DNA of 31,938 nucleotides from a virus: UHGV virus genome UHGV-0224535; one strand, 5' to 3'. Shown piece by piece: positions 6,653 to 15,295 of this stretch (position 1 is its first letter; each line of letters starts with the position of its first letter). The notes under the pieces were generated by a model. It saw only the letters and a program-made list of their open reading frames with translations, ran no database searches and was not told where the DNA came from. The position numbers and the translations under genes were made by a program.

Positions 6653-7210
6653 ATGGCTAAGGCTAAAGGCATTAAGTTGCCTCAATTCAAAGTCCCGCTC
6701 TTTGAGCATACAACCGTTTTCTTTTGCCCGACCCGCGAGATGTTCTATGAATTTTGCGAAAAGGCCGGAATACCAATCGAACCTGATTTCGAACTAGCTC
6801 GCGGTCTGACGTTAACCTGTACTGGTGAGACCGGCGGTAATTTCTACGTGATCGCAGTATTCGACAATGAGTTAGGAACGCTTGTCCATGAAGCGGCGCA
6901 CACGACATTTCACGTTTTAAGTGATGTAGGCGTCGTGGCGACCACTGATCCATCTCATCCGGCGAATGAGACTTACGCTTACATGGTAGGACGCATCTTC
7001 GATGCATTTTTCCCTATCCTTGCAGAATCAAACGAAGCACAGGTTGCAGCAATGCAGGCAGAAGAAGTAACCGAACGTCTTAGCGCACAAGAGGCAAGGG
7101 ATATTGCTGATGAGGCAAAAGATAAGCAAAAGCCAGCTAAGAAAGGCAAACGTAAGCCGAAATCAAAAGAGGCGCTTGTACCGCGCGTAATGAGATTTAA
7201 ACGGGGGTGA
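6653..7210 (+). CDS. hypothetical protein with HExxH motif (LVHEAAHTTFHV) and Lys-rich C-terminal tail
   Basis: AGGAG RBS; 185 aa; HEAAH is a possible Zn-metallopeptidase-like site; basic tail KDKQKPAKKGKRKPKSK. Confidence 0.6.
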   Translation: MAKAKGIKLPQFKVPLFEHTTVFFCPTREMFYEFCEKAGIPIEPDFELARGLTLTCTGETGGNFYVIAVFDNELGTLVHEAAHTTFHVLSDVGVVATTDPSHPANETYAYMVGRIFDAFFPILAESNEAQVAAMQAEEVTERLSAQEARDIADEAKDKQKPAKKGKRKPKSKEALVPRVMRFKRG

Positions 7211-7212
7211 TT

Positions 7213-7281
7213 ATGTTTACTTTCCTGCTAGGTGTATTTATCGGCATAGCTGTCGCTGTGATCTTGATATACGGACATTGA
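7213..7281 (+). CDS. micro-ORF 1 of a hydrophobic peptide array (22 aa, MFTFLLGVFIGIAVAVILIYGH)
   Basis: GGGGGTGA RBS; ATG overlaps the upstream stop (TGATTATG); single TM-like helix. Confidence 0.4.
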   Translation: MFTFLLGVFIGIAVAVILIYGH

Positions 7282-7285
7282 TATT

Positions 7286-7381
7286 ATGGACGCTTACATC
7301 ATCGCCGGATTAATCGGAGTTTCTGTATTTCTGGTTGGTTTTATTATAGCCGTACTGATAACCGTAATGAGCAAGTATTAG
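7286..7381 (+). CDS. micro-ORF 2 (31 aa, MDAYIIAGLIGVSVFLVGFIIAVLITVMSKY)
   Basis: ATG 4 nt after the previous stop; single TM-like helix. Confidence 0.4.
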   Translation: MDAYIIAGLIGVSVFLVGFIIAVLITVMSKY

Positions 7382-7394
7382 ATGGGGTGGCAAG

Positions 7395-7469
7395 ATGATT
7401 GACCTGCTCATTATCCTTTCTGCCTGCGTCGCTGTATGGCTGGCTATCATGATATTCATTGAAAGCTGA
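7395..7469 (+). CDS. micro-ORF 3 (24 aa, MIDLLIILSACVAVWLAIMIFIES)
   Basis: GGGGTGG RBS upstream; single TM-like helix. Confidence 0.4.
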   Translation: MIDLLIILSACVAVWLAIMIFIES

Positions 7470-7480
7470 AGGTATTCACC

Positions 7481-7561
7481 ATGAACGCATATGAAATGCT
7501 ATTGCTGGTGGCTGTAGTTGTAGTCATTGCCGTAGATGTTTATCGGGAGTTTAAAAAATGA
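7481..7561 (+). CDS. micro-ORF 4 (26 aa, MNAYEMLLLVAVVVVIAVDVYREFKK)
   Basis: AAGGT upstream; single TM-like helix with basic C-terminus. Confidence 0.4.
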   Translation: MNAYEMLLLVAVVVVIAVDVYREFKK

Positions 7562-7626
7562 AATGGCTTGATTTCTTTTTCCTGATCGTTGCGATTGTTC
7601 TTACCATGACCGCGTTAACTCAATAG
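7558..7626 (+). CDS. micro-ORF 5 (22 aa, MKWLDFFFLIVAIVLTMTALTQ)
   Basis: ATGA overlap with the previous stop; single TM-like helix. Confidence 0.4.
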   Translation: MKWLDFFFLIVAIVLTMTALTQ

Positions 7627-7634
7627 GTGAACGC

Positions 7635-7709
7635 ATGAATGCTATTGATATTATGTTGATCGTGTGTACCGTTGCGTTAATTATTATTGGGGTGATTATC
7701 AACGTCTGA
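7635..7709 (+). CDS. micro-ORF 6 (24 aa, MNAIDIMLIVCTVALIIIGVIINV)
   Basis: AGGTGA RBS; single TM-like helix. Confidence 0.4.
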   Translation: MNAIDIMLIVCTVALIIIGVIINV

Positions 7710-7725
7710 CAGTGACTTCTTAATT

Positions 7726-7770
7726 ATGGCTATATGCACGTTGTTAGTCGTTATCGTTTTCTTCGCATAA
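7726..7770 (+). CDS. micro-ORF 7 (14 aa, MAICTLLVVIVFFA); weakest of the array
   Basis: Hydrophobic but very short, no clear RBS. Confidence 0.2.
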   Translation: MAICTLLVVIVFFA

Positions 7771-7779
7771 AGGTAAACA

Positions 7780-7863
7780 ATGAAAGAGCTATTCGACTGG
7801 TTGGAAGTATTAACATACTGCGCAAGTTTTGTGGCTTGCGTATATATCATCAATAAATATTAA
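7780..7863 (+). CDS. micro-ORF 8 (27 aa, MKELFDWLEVLTYCASFVACVYIINKY)
   Basis: AAAGGT RBS; hydrophobic core. Confidence 0.4.
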   Translation: MKELFDWLEVLTYCASFVACVYIINKY

Positions 7864-7872
7864 AGGGGTGAC

Positions 7873-8019
7873 ATGGTGAGCAATGAAGAACTAAAAATGG
7901 CTGATGAAATCAGAAAGGCACTTGACGCGGCAGAAAACAATGAAACCGTCTACTTTTCCGAACGGGAAGTAGAAAAGATGATGGATGAATTTAAATTAAA
8001 ATTTGAAAAAGATAATTGA
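7873..8019 (+). CDS. hypothetical small acidic protein (48 aa)
   Basis: AGGGGTGA RBS then ATG 7873; MVSNEELKMADEIRKALDAAENNETVYFSEREVEKMMDEFKLKFEKDN*; directly upstream of TerS. Confidence 0.45.
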   Translation: MVSNEELKMADEIRKALDAAENNETVYFSEREVEKMMDEFKLKFEKDN

Positions 8020-8029
8020 GAGGTGAAAT

Positions 8030-8515
8030 ATGGCCCGCACTAAAAAGGCAAATGCTGACGATAAAAAGCCAGCAGCTAGAAAGGTGGGCCGTCCGCATGG
8101 TTATACCGAAGAAAAGGCATTAGAGATCTGTGAACTGGTGGCGGACGGTCATAGCGTTAATAAAATTTCGAAGATGCCAGGTATGCCAACACGTTCAACA
8201 ATCCTTAAGTGGTTCCGTGATGTGCCGGAATTTTCGGACATGTATGTGAGAGCGAAGGAAATAGGTTTTGAGGTATTAGCTGATGAGATCATCGATATAG
8301 CTGATGCGGCGGAGAACATTGATAAAGATGAATTACGCCGCCACCAACTAATGATTGAAACGCGTAAATGGTTACTGGCAAAACTGCAACCGCGTAAATA
8401 CGGTGAACGCGTCACACAGGAGATCGTCGGCAACAGGGAGGAAGCGCCCGTACAGGTAGAAGTCACAAAAGAAGAGATCGCCCGCATCGTCCAGGAAGTA
8501 GAAGACGAGGTGTGA
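8030..8515 (+). CDS. terminase small subunit (HTH-containing)
   Basis: 161 aa, basic N-terminus, HTH-like segment ALEICELVADGHSVNKISKMPGMPTRSTILKWF; immediately upstream of TerL with overlapping stop and start. Confidence 0.8.
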   Translation: MARTKKANADDKKPAARKVGRPHGYTEEKALEICELVADGHSVNKISKMPGMPTRSTILKWFRDVPEFSDMYVRAKEIGFEVLADEIIDIADAAENIDKDELRRHQLMIETRKWLLAKLQPRKYGERVTQEIVGNREEAPVQVEVTKEEIARIVQEVEDEV

Positions 8516-8517
8516 TT

Positions 8518-9996
8518 ATGTTGACAATCAAAGAACGAGTTATTCAGTCCAAATGTGAAAACGACGGCCTGTTTTTCAATCGCTATTTCTACAAGCAAGC
8601 GAACGGAACGAAGATGTTAATCTCAGGCCATCATTTAGCCATCCGTGATGCACTGCAACGCGTTATTAATGGTGAGATAACCCGACTCATCATTAACATT
8701 CCTCCAGGGTACGGTAAAACCATGATCGCAACCATCAATATGATGGCGCGGTCCCTCGCAATAAATCCCCGCACACGCTTCCTTCACGTTTCCTATTCCA
8801 ACAACCTGGCATTACTCAATTCCTCTACTGTAAGAAACATGATCTGTACGCCTGACTATCAGGCAATGTGGCCCATGAAGATCCGCAACGATGCAAACTC
8901 AAAATCGATGTGGTGGACCGAATACGGTGGCGGCGTGTATGCGACGTCATCACTTGGTCAGGTGACTGGGTTCCGTGCGGGGTACATGGAATCAGGATTT
9001 AACGGCGCGTTAATCATAGACGACCCATTAAAACCCGCTGACGCTTACTCCGACGTGGTGAGAAAGCAGGTAAACACCAACTATAACGATACGCTTGCTT
9101 CACGTCTGGCAGTGCAAACAACGCCTGTTATCGTCATCATGCAGCGCATCCACTATGATGATTTGTCCGGCTACCTGCTACGCGGTGGCAGTGGCGAGAA
9201 GTGGCATCACCTTAACCTGCCAGTGAAGATAGACAATAGCCTGGGCTACTGGGATCTGTACCCTGAAAACGAGTTCGCTATCCCTATTCCTCACAACCTG
9301 CCAGATGGCTGGCTATGGCCTAAAAAGCACAATGATATCCATGAAGCTGGACTGAAAGCACACAGACGGTCATTTGAAGCCCAGTACATGCAGCGCCCGC
9401 GTAAATTCGACGAAGAGGGCGCATTGTGGACTGAAGCGATGATAACCGCCGCGCACAGGATGCAGATAACGCAGGAGAAAATTCGCACGGTGATAGCCAT
9501 CGACCCGGCGACAACATCATCTGATGAGTCAGACGAAACAGGGATTGTAGCCTGTTCCGCTTATGGTGGTGGCAAGAATGCTCAGTATTCAGTAGACGGT
9601 GACTACTCAGGCCGCATGTCACCTAATGACTGGGCGCAAGCAGCAATGAATGCCTACAACATCCATGAAGCTGACGCGATGGTTATCGAAACCAACCAGG
9701 GTGGTGATATGGCAGAGGCCACACTACGCAATGCAGGATTTAAGGGCCGCATTGTTAAGGTGCACGCAAGCAAGGGTAAATTTGCCCGCGCCGAACCAAT
9801 ATCTGCATTGTATGCACAGGGTAGGGTAGCCCACACTGGCAGCCTGTACACGCTGGAAAATCAAATGATGGAATATGTGCCAGCTACCGCTAAAAAATCC
9901 CCTGACCGTATGGATGCGATGGTATGGGGGATCACTGAATTAAGCCAACCACAGGCGATGGGTCTTATGTTACCTAAACGCCTGCGCGGATTTTAA
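8518..9996 (+). CDS. terminase large subunit (ATPase and nuclease)
   Basis: Walker A-like PPGYGKT and Walker B-like ALIIDDP; about 490 aa; GAGG 7 nt before ATG 8518 (the track starts at GTG 8512). Confidence 0.9.
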   Translation: MLTIKERVIQSKCENDGLFFNRYFYKQANGTKMLISGHHLAIRDALQRVINGEITRLIINIPPGYGKTMIATINMMARSLAINPRTRFLHVSYSNNLALLNSSTVRNMICTPDYQAMWPMKIRNDANSKSMWWTEYGGGVYATSSLGQVTGFRAGYMESGFNGALIIDDPLKPADAYSDVVRKQVNTNYNDTLASRLAVQTTPVIVIMQRIHYDDLSGYLLRGGSGEKWHHLNLPVKIDNSLGYWDLYPENEFAIPIPHNLPDGWLWPKKHNDIHEAGLKAHRRSFEAQYMQRPRKFDEEGALWTEAMITAAHRMQITQEKIRTVIAIDPATTSSDESDETGIVACSAYGGGKNAQYSVDGDYSGRMSPNDWAQAAMNAYNIHEADAMVIETNQGGDMAEATLRNAGFKGRIVKVHASKGKFARAEPISALYAQGRVAHTGSLYTLENQMMEYVPATAKKSPDRMDAMVWGITELSQPQAMGLMLPKRLRGF

Positions 9997-10014
9997 GTTA
10001 TTGATTATTATCAA

Positions 10015-10033
10015 CTTCGAAAAATTTTCGAAG
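10015..10033. promoter_or_regulatory. perfect 19-bp palindrome CTTCGAAAA-A-TTTTCGAAG in the TerL-portal gap
   Basis: Read directly; the gap is unusually long (148 nt) for a terL-portal junction. Confidence 0.4.
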
Positions 10034-10098
10034 ATGAACAAGAATAATTCTCAATTGGCTACATAAAATCTGTCTCACAATCCCCCACAAGTTTTTCT

Positions 10099-10123
10099 AT
10101 TTTTCGCGTAGCAACGTGTAAAC
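10099..10123 (+). promoter_or_regulatory. conserved 25-nt motif ATTTTTCGCGTAGCAACGTGTAAAC (copy 1), upstream of portal
   Basis: 21 of 25 identical to 22536-22560 upstream of the gpM-like gene; contains CGYGTA direct repeats 10 bp apart. Confidence 0.45.
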
Positions 10124-10144
10124 ATGTATTCAGGAGTAAACATT

Positions 10145-11524
10145 ATGCCATCCAATTTAGAATTGGCGGTTAATGCTGCCTTGTCACAACGCCAGGCGGC
10201 CTTTGCCCGCTATGCAGCCGCTAACCCATTCTCAATGGGTATTGATGCAAAACGTGATGCTGCGTGGAGTGAATACGGATTCAAAGAAGAAATCACCTAT
10301 GCCGATTTATACAAACTGTATCGTCGCGGTGGTATCGCTCATGGTGCTATTGAGAAGATCATTACTACGTGCTGGCGCACCAGGCCAACGCTGATTGAAG
10401 GTACGGAAGACGAGAAAGCGGAAAAGGAAACTTCGTGGGAAAGAGAAATCAAAAAACGATTCGACAATAGATTCTGGCGCGTAATTGCTGAATGCGATCG
10501 CCGCCGCCTCATCGGTCGTTATGCTGGACTGTTAATTCACGTCAGGGATAACAAGCCGTGGGATCAGCCAGTAACAAAAGGCGTAGGCATTGCCAAATTT
10601 ACCCCCGTATGGGCTGGCGCTCTTACACCGAAGGACTTCGAAGAAAACCCGGGCAATGAAAACTATGGCCTGCCGACATGGTGGGAATACAAGGAGCGCA
10701 TCAACAGTAAGACCATAGCAAGAAAGATACATCCAGACCGGATATTTATCTTCGGTGATTATTCTGATGATGCCATTGCTTTCCTTGAGCCGTCCTATAA
10801 CGCTTTTGTATCGCTGGAGAAAGTGGAAGGCGGTAGCGGTGAATCCTTCCTTAAAAACGCCGCACGCCAACTGGCTATCTCGTTCGATAAAGAGATTGAT
10901 TTCCGTTCCCTGGCTGCTACATACGGTTGCGATGTTACAGAGCTGCGCGAAAAATTCAATGAAGCGGCAGAGGATATAAACAAAGGGAATGATGTGATGA
11001 TGGCATTACAGGGAGCCACCGTTAGCCCGCTGGTTACTGCCGTAGCAGATCCGTCCGCAACCTATGACGTCAACCTGCAAACCGCCGCCGCTGGTATCGA
11101 CATTCCAACGCGTATCCTGGTTGGGAATCAGCAGGGCGAACGCGCATCAACTGAAGACCTCCGCTACTTCAATAATCGCTGTATGACCCGCCGTGAGGAA
11201 ATAGGAGGCGAGCTTGAGGAACTATTCCGCAAGATGGCAGATCTCCGCCTTATCAGTATGCCAGTCGATGTATCAGTGTTATGGGATGACCTTAACGCCA
11301 TGACAAAAGCCGAACTACTGGAAGCGGCACACAAGATGGCGCAAATCAATCAGGCATGTCTCGCTACTGGTGAGGAAATATTTAGCGGCGATGAGATCCG
11401 CGAAGCTGCCGGATATGAAGGGCCAACGCAGGAAGTAGAAGTGGAAGACGAGGACGATAAAGATGAAGATGAAAGTAAAGAGAATAATCAAAAAGATTCC
11501 GCCGTCCGCGATAATGCCATCTAA
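10145..11524 (+). CDS. portal protein
   Basis: About 460 aa immediately after TerL; acidic C-terminal tail (EVEVEDEDDKDEDE); AGGAG 9 nt before ATG 10145 (the track starts at 10124). Confidence 0.8.
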   Translation: MPSNLELAVNAALSQRQAAFARYAAANPFSMGIDAKRDAAWSEYGFKEEITYADLYKLYRRGGIAHGAIEKIITTCWRTRPTLIEGTEDEKAEKETSWEREIKKRFDNRFWRVIAECDRRRLIGRYAGLLIHVRDNKPWDQPVTKGVGIAKFTPVWAGALTPKDFEENPGNENYGLPTWWEYKERINSKTIARKIHPDRIFIFGDYSDDAIAFLEPSYNAFVSLEKVEGGSGESFLKNAARQLAISFDKEIDFRSLAATYGCDVTELREKFNEAAEDINKGNDVMMALQGATVSPLVTAVADPSATYDVNLQTAAAGIDIPTRILVGNQQGERASTEDLRYFNNRCMTRREEIGGELEELFRKMADLRLISMPVDVSVLWDDLNAMTKAELLEAAHKMAQINQACLATGEEIFSGDEIREAAGYEGPTQEVEVEDEDDKDEDESKENNQKDSAVRDNAI

Positions 11525-12410
11525 CACCGAAGACCCGACCATGACAGGTAAGTTGCGGTCTGGAGCTATTAAGCGTTTTAAATCCTGCCTGAAGAAAATA
11601 GCCGATCCATATATCGCCATACTGGACAAAATACAATATAGCCTGGCTGTTAATAAGAAATATACCTTCCAGATTTACATGGATGAATTGCACGACATGC
11701 TGGAGGACGCCAGCGACATGATTGATGAGATATTCGAGCTAACCGACCCGGAAAGTTTTTGGTTCTGGCAGGAATACGTGAAGGTCGCGTATCAGCGAGG
11801 CACGGCACAGGAATACGCCAACCTTGCTAACCAGTCTGTCACGTACTCAAGCGTTTATCCCGATGTATCTGCCGTACTATCAAGCACAACCTACCGCACG
11901 CGCCTTGCCCTGGTCCGTACCCGTGTATTTGAGGAAATGCGCGGGCTGACAGCACAGATCAAAAAGGATATGGCCCGCCGACTAACTGAAGGCATGGCCC
12001 GTGGTTTAAACCCACTGGAAATAGCGCGCACATTGAATCAGGAGACGCGGTTACCGCTATACAGGTGCAAACGTATTGCCCGAACTGAAATATGCACAGC
12101 GTTACGCACAGCGCGTATGGATGAGGCAGAAGCGGCGACAGAAGAATTTAATCTGCGCACTATGCAAATGCACATTTCGGCATTATCACCGACTACCAGG
12201 CTATCGCACGCGCAGCGGCACGGTAAAACATACACCATAGATGAGCAGCGCGAATGGTGGAGTAGATCCCCTAATTCAATTAACTGCAAATGTAGCACGA
12301 TTACCGTATTAGTTGACGAAGACGGTAACATATTAAACGAACGAATATTAGATCGGGCGCAAGAAAACTATAAAGTTGCGCACGCTAAATATGGCGAAGA
12401 TTGGGAGTAA
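11514..12410 (+). CDS. head morphogenesis protein (Mu F / SPP1 gp7-like minor head protein); start uncertain (11514 or 11541)
   Basis: Position after portal, size about 300 aa; the track ORF starts at 11463 inside portal. Confidence 0.65.
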   Translation: MPSNTEDPTMTGKLRSGAIKRFKSCLKKIADPYIAILDKIQYSLAVNKKYTFQIYMDELHDMLEDASDMIDEIFELTDPESFWFWQEYVKVAYQRGTAQEYANLANQSVTYSSVYPDVSAVLSSTTYRTRLALVRTRVFEEMRGLTAQIKKDMARRLTEGMARGLNPLEIARTLNQETRLPLYRCKRIARTEICTALRTARMDEAEAATEEFNLRTMQMHISALSPTTRLSHAQRHGKTYTIDEQREWWSRSPNSINCKCSTITVLVDEDGNILNERILDRAQENYKVAHAKYGEDWE

Positions 12411-12415
12411 AAACC

Positions 12416-13705
12416 GTGAGTAAAGAATTAATTCAGGTTAATACCAAATTAACCGCTAATACCATACGCCGGGAAACGTATAACGGGCGGGAACATATTG
12501 TTGTTCCGTCCTACACGTTACCCTTTAACATCGTAATGAACCGGGAATATTACCCGGAAGCTGAAATTATCGCTAATTACCAGTCACTGGAGGGTACGCT
12601 TGCCCCGCTGGGCCATCCTACCGTTGACGGTAAATTTGTTTCAGCATTTAGCCCGGAAGGATTAAACACGGGTTTTTGTGGTGCGTGGAACAGAAACGTT
12701 GAGTTACGCGGCAACCGTGTTTATGTGGAAAAATGGGTGGATGTGGAAACCGCCAGCCATTCAAGCCAGGGCCGCGAATTATTAGCCCGACTGGAAGCAC
12801 TGGAGAAAGGAGAAAGCAAAGATCCTATCTGGTCGTCCGTCGCTGTATATCGCCAGCGTATGCCAGCCACCGAAAAAATGAAAGCCCAGGGTGCTGACCA
12901 TGTAGTGAAAATCATGTCGATCGACCATGATGCTATCTTGCTGCATGAGCCGCCAGCCGCTTCGCCGGAACAGGGCGTAGGCTTAATGGTTAATACCGAC
13001 CAGGCGAAGCCGTTAATGGCGGTGGCAATGAAAGAAAATAGCTATCGCACACTTGAAAAACAGTTAACCGCTGCCGCGCGGGAAATGTTCCCTGACGCTG
13101 ATTACGTATACGTGGTGGACTTCACTGATAGAGAGGTGACGATCGCCACTAATGAAAACTGTGCGGAAAGATACAACTACGAAAAACAGGCTGATAAAAT
13201 TATTCTCAATAATGGCGAGCTTGCAACCAACGAGGAAAGTAAATCATGGTTTGCTCAGTTCGCTGAACACCTTTCTAATCTTTTCTCCCTGAATGAAAAA
13301 ATTAAGGCCAATAAATCGGAGGACGATCCCATGCCTTTGACAAAAGAAGAACGCGCCGAACTGGTAAAAGAAATTAACGAAGGCTTAGCCGCCAATATCG
13401 CTAATGCAGTAGCAGAGGCATTAAAACCAGTACAGGCAAGCGTAGAAGAATTGCAGACCAACCAAGAAGAATTACAGACCAACCAGAAAGCAATTAAAGA
13501 AGAAATTGCAGCAAACGCAAATAAAGAAGTAGCAGAAAAACGCGCCGCAGTAGCAAAAGTTCACGGCGAAATTGTTGCTAACGCATTAAGCGGTGAAGCA
13601 TTAGAGGCAATGTTTAAATCCCTGGGTAAAGCAACTCCGCTAGCCGCCAACACAGCAAGTGAAGACAAAAAAGGCGAAGTCCCTGACTTTAACACTTATT
13701 TCTAA
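12416..13705 (+). CDS. putative prohead protease/scaffolding protein (globular N-terminus, C-terminal coiled coil)
   Basis: GTG 12416 with GGGAG RBS; C-terminal EELQTNQEELQTNQKAIKEEIAANANKEVAEKRAAV heptad-like repeats; position between Mu F-like and capsid genes. Confidence 0.55.
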   Translation: MSKELIQVNTKLTANTIRRETYNGREHIVVPSYTLPFNIVMNREYYPEAEIIANYQSLEGTLAPLGHPTVDGKFVSAFSPEGLNTGFCGAWNRNVELRGNRVYVEKWVDVETASHSSQGRELLARLEALEKGESKDPIWSSVAVYRQRMPATEKMKAQGADHVVKIMSIDHDAILLHEPPAASPEQGVGLMVNTDQAKPLMAVAMKENSYRTLEKQLTAAAREMFPDADYVYVVDFTDREVTIATNENCAERYNYEKQADKIILNNGELATNEESKSWFAQFAEHLSNLFSLNEKIKANKSEDDPMPLTKEERAELVKEINEGLAANIANAVAEALKPVQASVEELQTNQEELQTNQKAIKEEIAANANKEVAEKRAAVAKVHGEIVANALSGEALEAMFKSLGKATPLAANTASEDKKGEVPDFNTYF

Positions 13706-13719
13706 CTGGAGGGAATACA

Positions 13720-14148
13720 ATGTCTCGTTTTCGTCGTGTAAATATTGATGGTAAATCCATTACCGAAACCTACACTGCTAAGGTCGCAGTAAAACCAGGT
13801 GAACTGGTAAAACTGGACGGAGGTAAGTTTGCAAAAGCAACCAGTGCTGATGTCGGTGCAGCTCAGTTGTACATCGTCAACCCGGCATTCCACGAAGGCA
13901 AAACCATTACTGATGCAATCGCTGCAAATGAAACTGTTGTTGCTGATTATGTGGAACAGGGCCGAGAGTTTGCTCTCCTTGTTCCTGCAGCCGCTTATGT
14001 TAAGGGTGCAGCTATTGCTCTCGCAGCCGACGGGGTGAAACTGTTTGTTGCGCCAAGTGAACAGGCAGCGCCAGATCCGATCATCGCATACTGCCAGGAA
14101 GACGTAACCCTGGAGGCGGAAGATTTTATCCGCGTTCGCGTTGCTTAA
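13720..14148 (+). CDS. putative head decoration / capsid accessory protein (142 aa)
   Basis: Immediately upstream of the major capsid gene; Ala/Val-rich, beta-rich-looking sequence; assignment by position only. Confidence 0.45.
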   Translation: MSRFRRVNIDGKSITETYTAKVAVKPGELVKLDGGKFAKATSADVGAAQLYIVNPAFHEGKTITDAIAANETVVADYVEQGREFALLVPAAAYVKGAAIALAADGVKLFVAPSEQAAPDPIIAYCQEDVTLEAEDFIRVRVA

Positions 14149-14165
14149 TTTAAAAGGGGAAAAAC

Positions 14166-15230
14166 ATGTACTTTACAAAAGAAAACCTTGCCACCAACGC
14201 CCGTATGCAGGGCCATTGGAAAGAACTGTGGGCGCAACGCAATATCTTCAACGAGCAGCACAACGCCATGATTGCTGCAAATCAGGCAAATATGACCGCT
14301 GAAATGTTGACCTGTAACGCCGTCGGCGGCTTCGCAAAAGAATTCTGGAAAGAAATCGATAACCAGATTATCGAACTGAACACCGAAGAAATCGGTATTG
14401 AGATCGTAAACGACCTGATGGGTGTGCAAACCGTACTGCCAATCGGTAAAACGCTGAAAATGTACAACGTATCCGGTGACATCGATGATGAAGTTGTGAT
14501 GTCTATGGATGGTCAAGCGCCACACGGCTTTGATCACACCGAATACGGCAGCGATGGCGACCCGATCCCGATGTTCGCAGCGGGTTACGGTGTTAACTGG
14601 CGTTTAGCTCAGGGCTTAAATACTGTAGGCATCGACCTTGCATTAGACAGCCAGCGCCTTAAACTGAAAAAATTCAACAAAGCACGCGTCCAGTTCTACC
14701 TGAATGGTAACGATCGCATCGTGGTTGATGGTCATAAAGCAATGGGTCTTAAAAACCACAAAAACACCCAGCAACTTAAACTGAAAACTGTCGCTAAAAT
14801 CGACCTGACCACCGCGACTTTCGATAAGATTATTGAATTCTTTACCACTGGTGAGTTCGGGAAACTGGCCCGCGCCAACTTCGTAGCTAAATACGATGTA
14901 ATGTGGGTATCGCCAGAAATCATGGCTAACCTGGCACGCCCACACATCGTTAATGGCGTAATTGTTGGTAGTGTGCTGGATGTTATCAAGCCGTTTGTCC
15001 CGGTTGATGATATTCGCCAGACCTATGCGCTGACTGACAACGAATTTATCGCTTATCAGCGTAGTCGCAGCGTCATCACCCCGCTGATTGGCATGACCAC
15101 TGGCGTAGTTCCGTTACCGCGCATGATGCCGACCGATAACTACAACTTCCGTATTATGTCTGCTGAGGGTCTTCAGATCACCTGTGATATGAAAGGTCGT
15201 TCAGGTGTGGTCTACGGCAGCAATACCTGA
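14166..15230 (+). CDS. major capsid protein
   Basis: 354 aa, central position in the head module, followed by a strong terminator. Confidence 0.8.
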   Translation: MYFTKENLATNARMQGHWKELWAQRNIFNEQHNAMIAANQANMTAEMLTCNAVGGFAKEFWKEIDNQIIELNTEEIGIEIVNDLMGVQTVLPIGKTLKMYNVSGDIDDEVVMSMDGQAPHGFDHTEYGSDGDPIPMFAAGYGVNWRLAQGLNTVGIDLALDSQRLKLKKFNKARVQFYLNGNDRIVVDGHKAMGLKNHKNTQQLKLKTVAKIDLTTATFDKIIEFFTTGEFGKLARANFVAKYDVMWVSPEIMANLARPHIVNGVIVGSVLDVIKPFVPVDDIRQTYALTDNEFIAYQRSRSVITPLIGMTTGVVPLPRMMPTDNYNFRIMSAEGLQITCDMKGRSGVVYGSNT

Positions 15231-15249
15231 TTGATATGTTTCCTGTAAC

Positions 15250-15276
15250 TCCCCGGCGCGATGCCGGGGATTTTTT
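15250..15276 (+). terminator. rho-independent terminator (CCCCGGC-GCGAT-GCCGGGG followed by ATTTTTTT)
   Basis: Read directly, 20 nt after the capsid stop. Confidence 0.7.
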
Positions 15277-15295
15277 TGTATGTGGAGAAAACAAA

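Noticed and set aside
6687-7007. Minus-strand ORF inside the HExxH gene
   Set aside because: Antisense to a well-supported gene, Arg-rich product, no RBS.
8149-8598. Minus-strand ORFs antisense to the terminase genes (also 9291..9500, 9320..9622, 9654..9851)
   Set aside because: Ser/Cys/Arg-rich products typical of antisense frames of real genes; no start context.
10173-11693. Alternative-frame and antisense ORFs within the portal and Mu F-like genes (10173, 10532, 10755, 10795, 11164, 11315, 11382)
   Set aside because: All overlap strongly supported structural genes; no independent signals.
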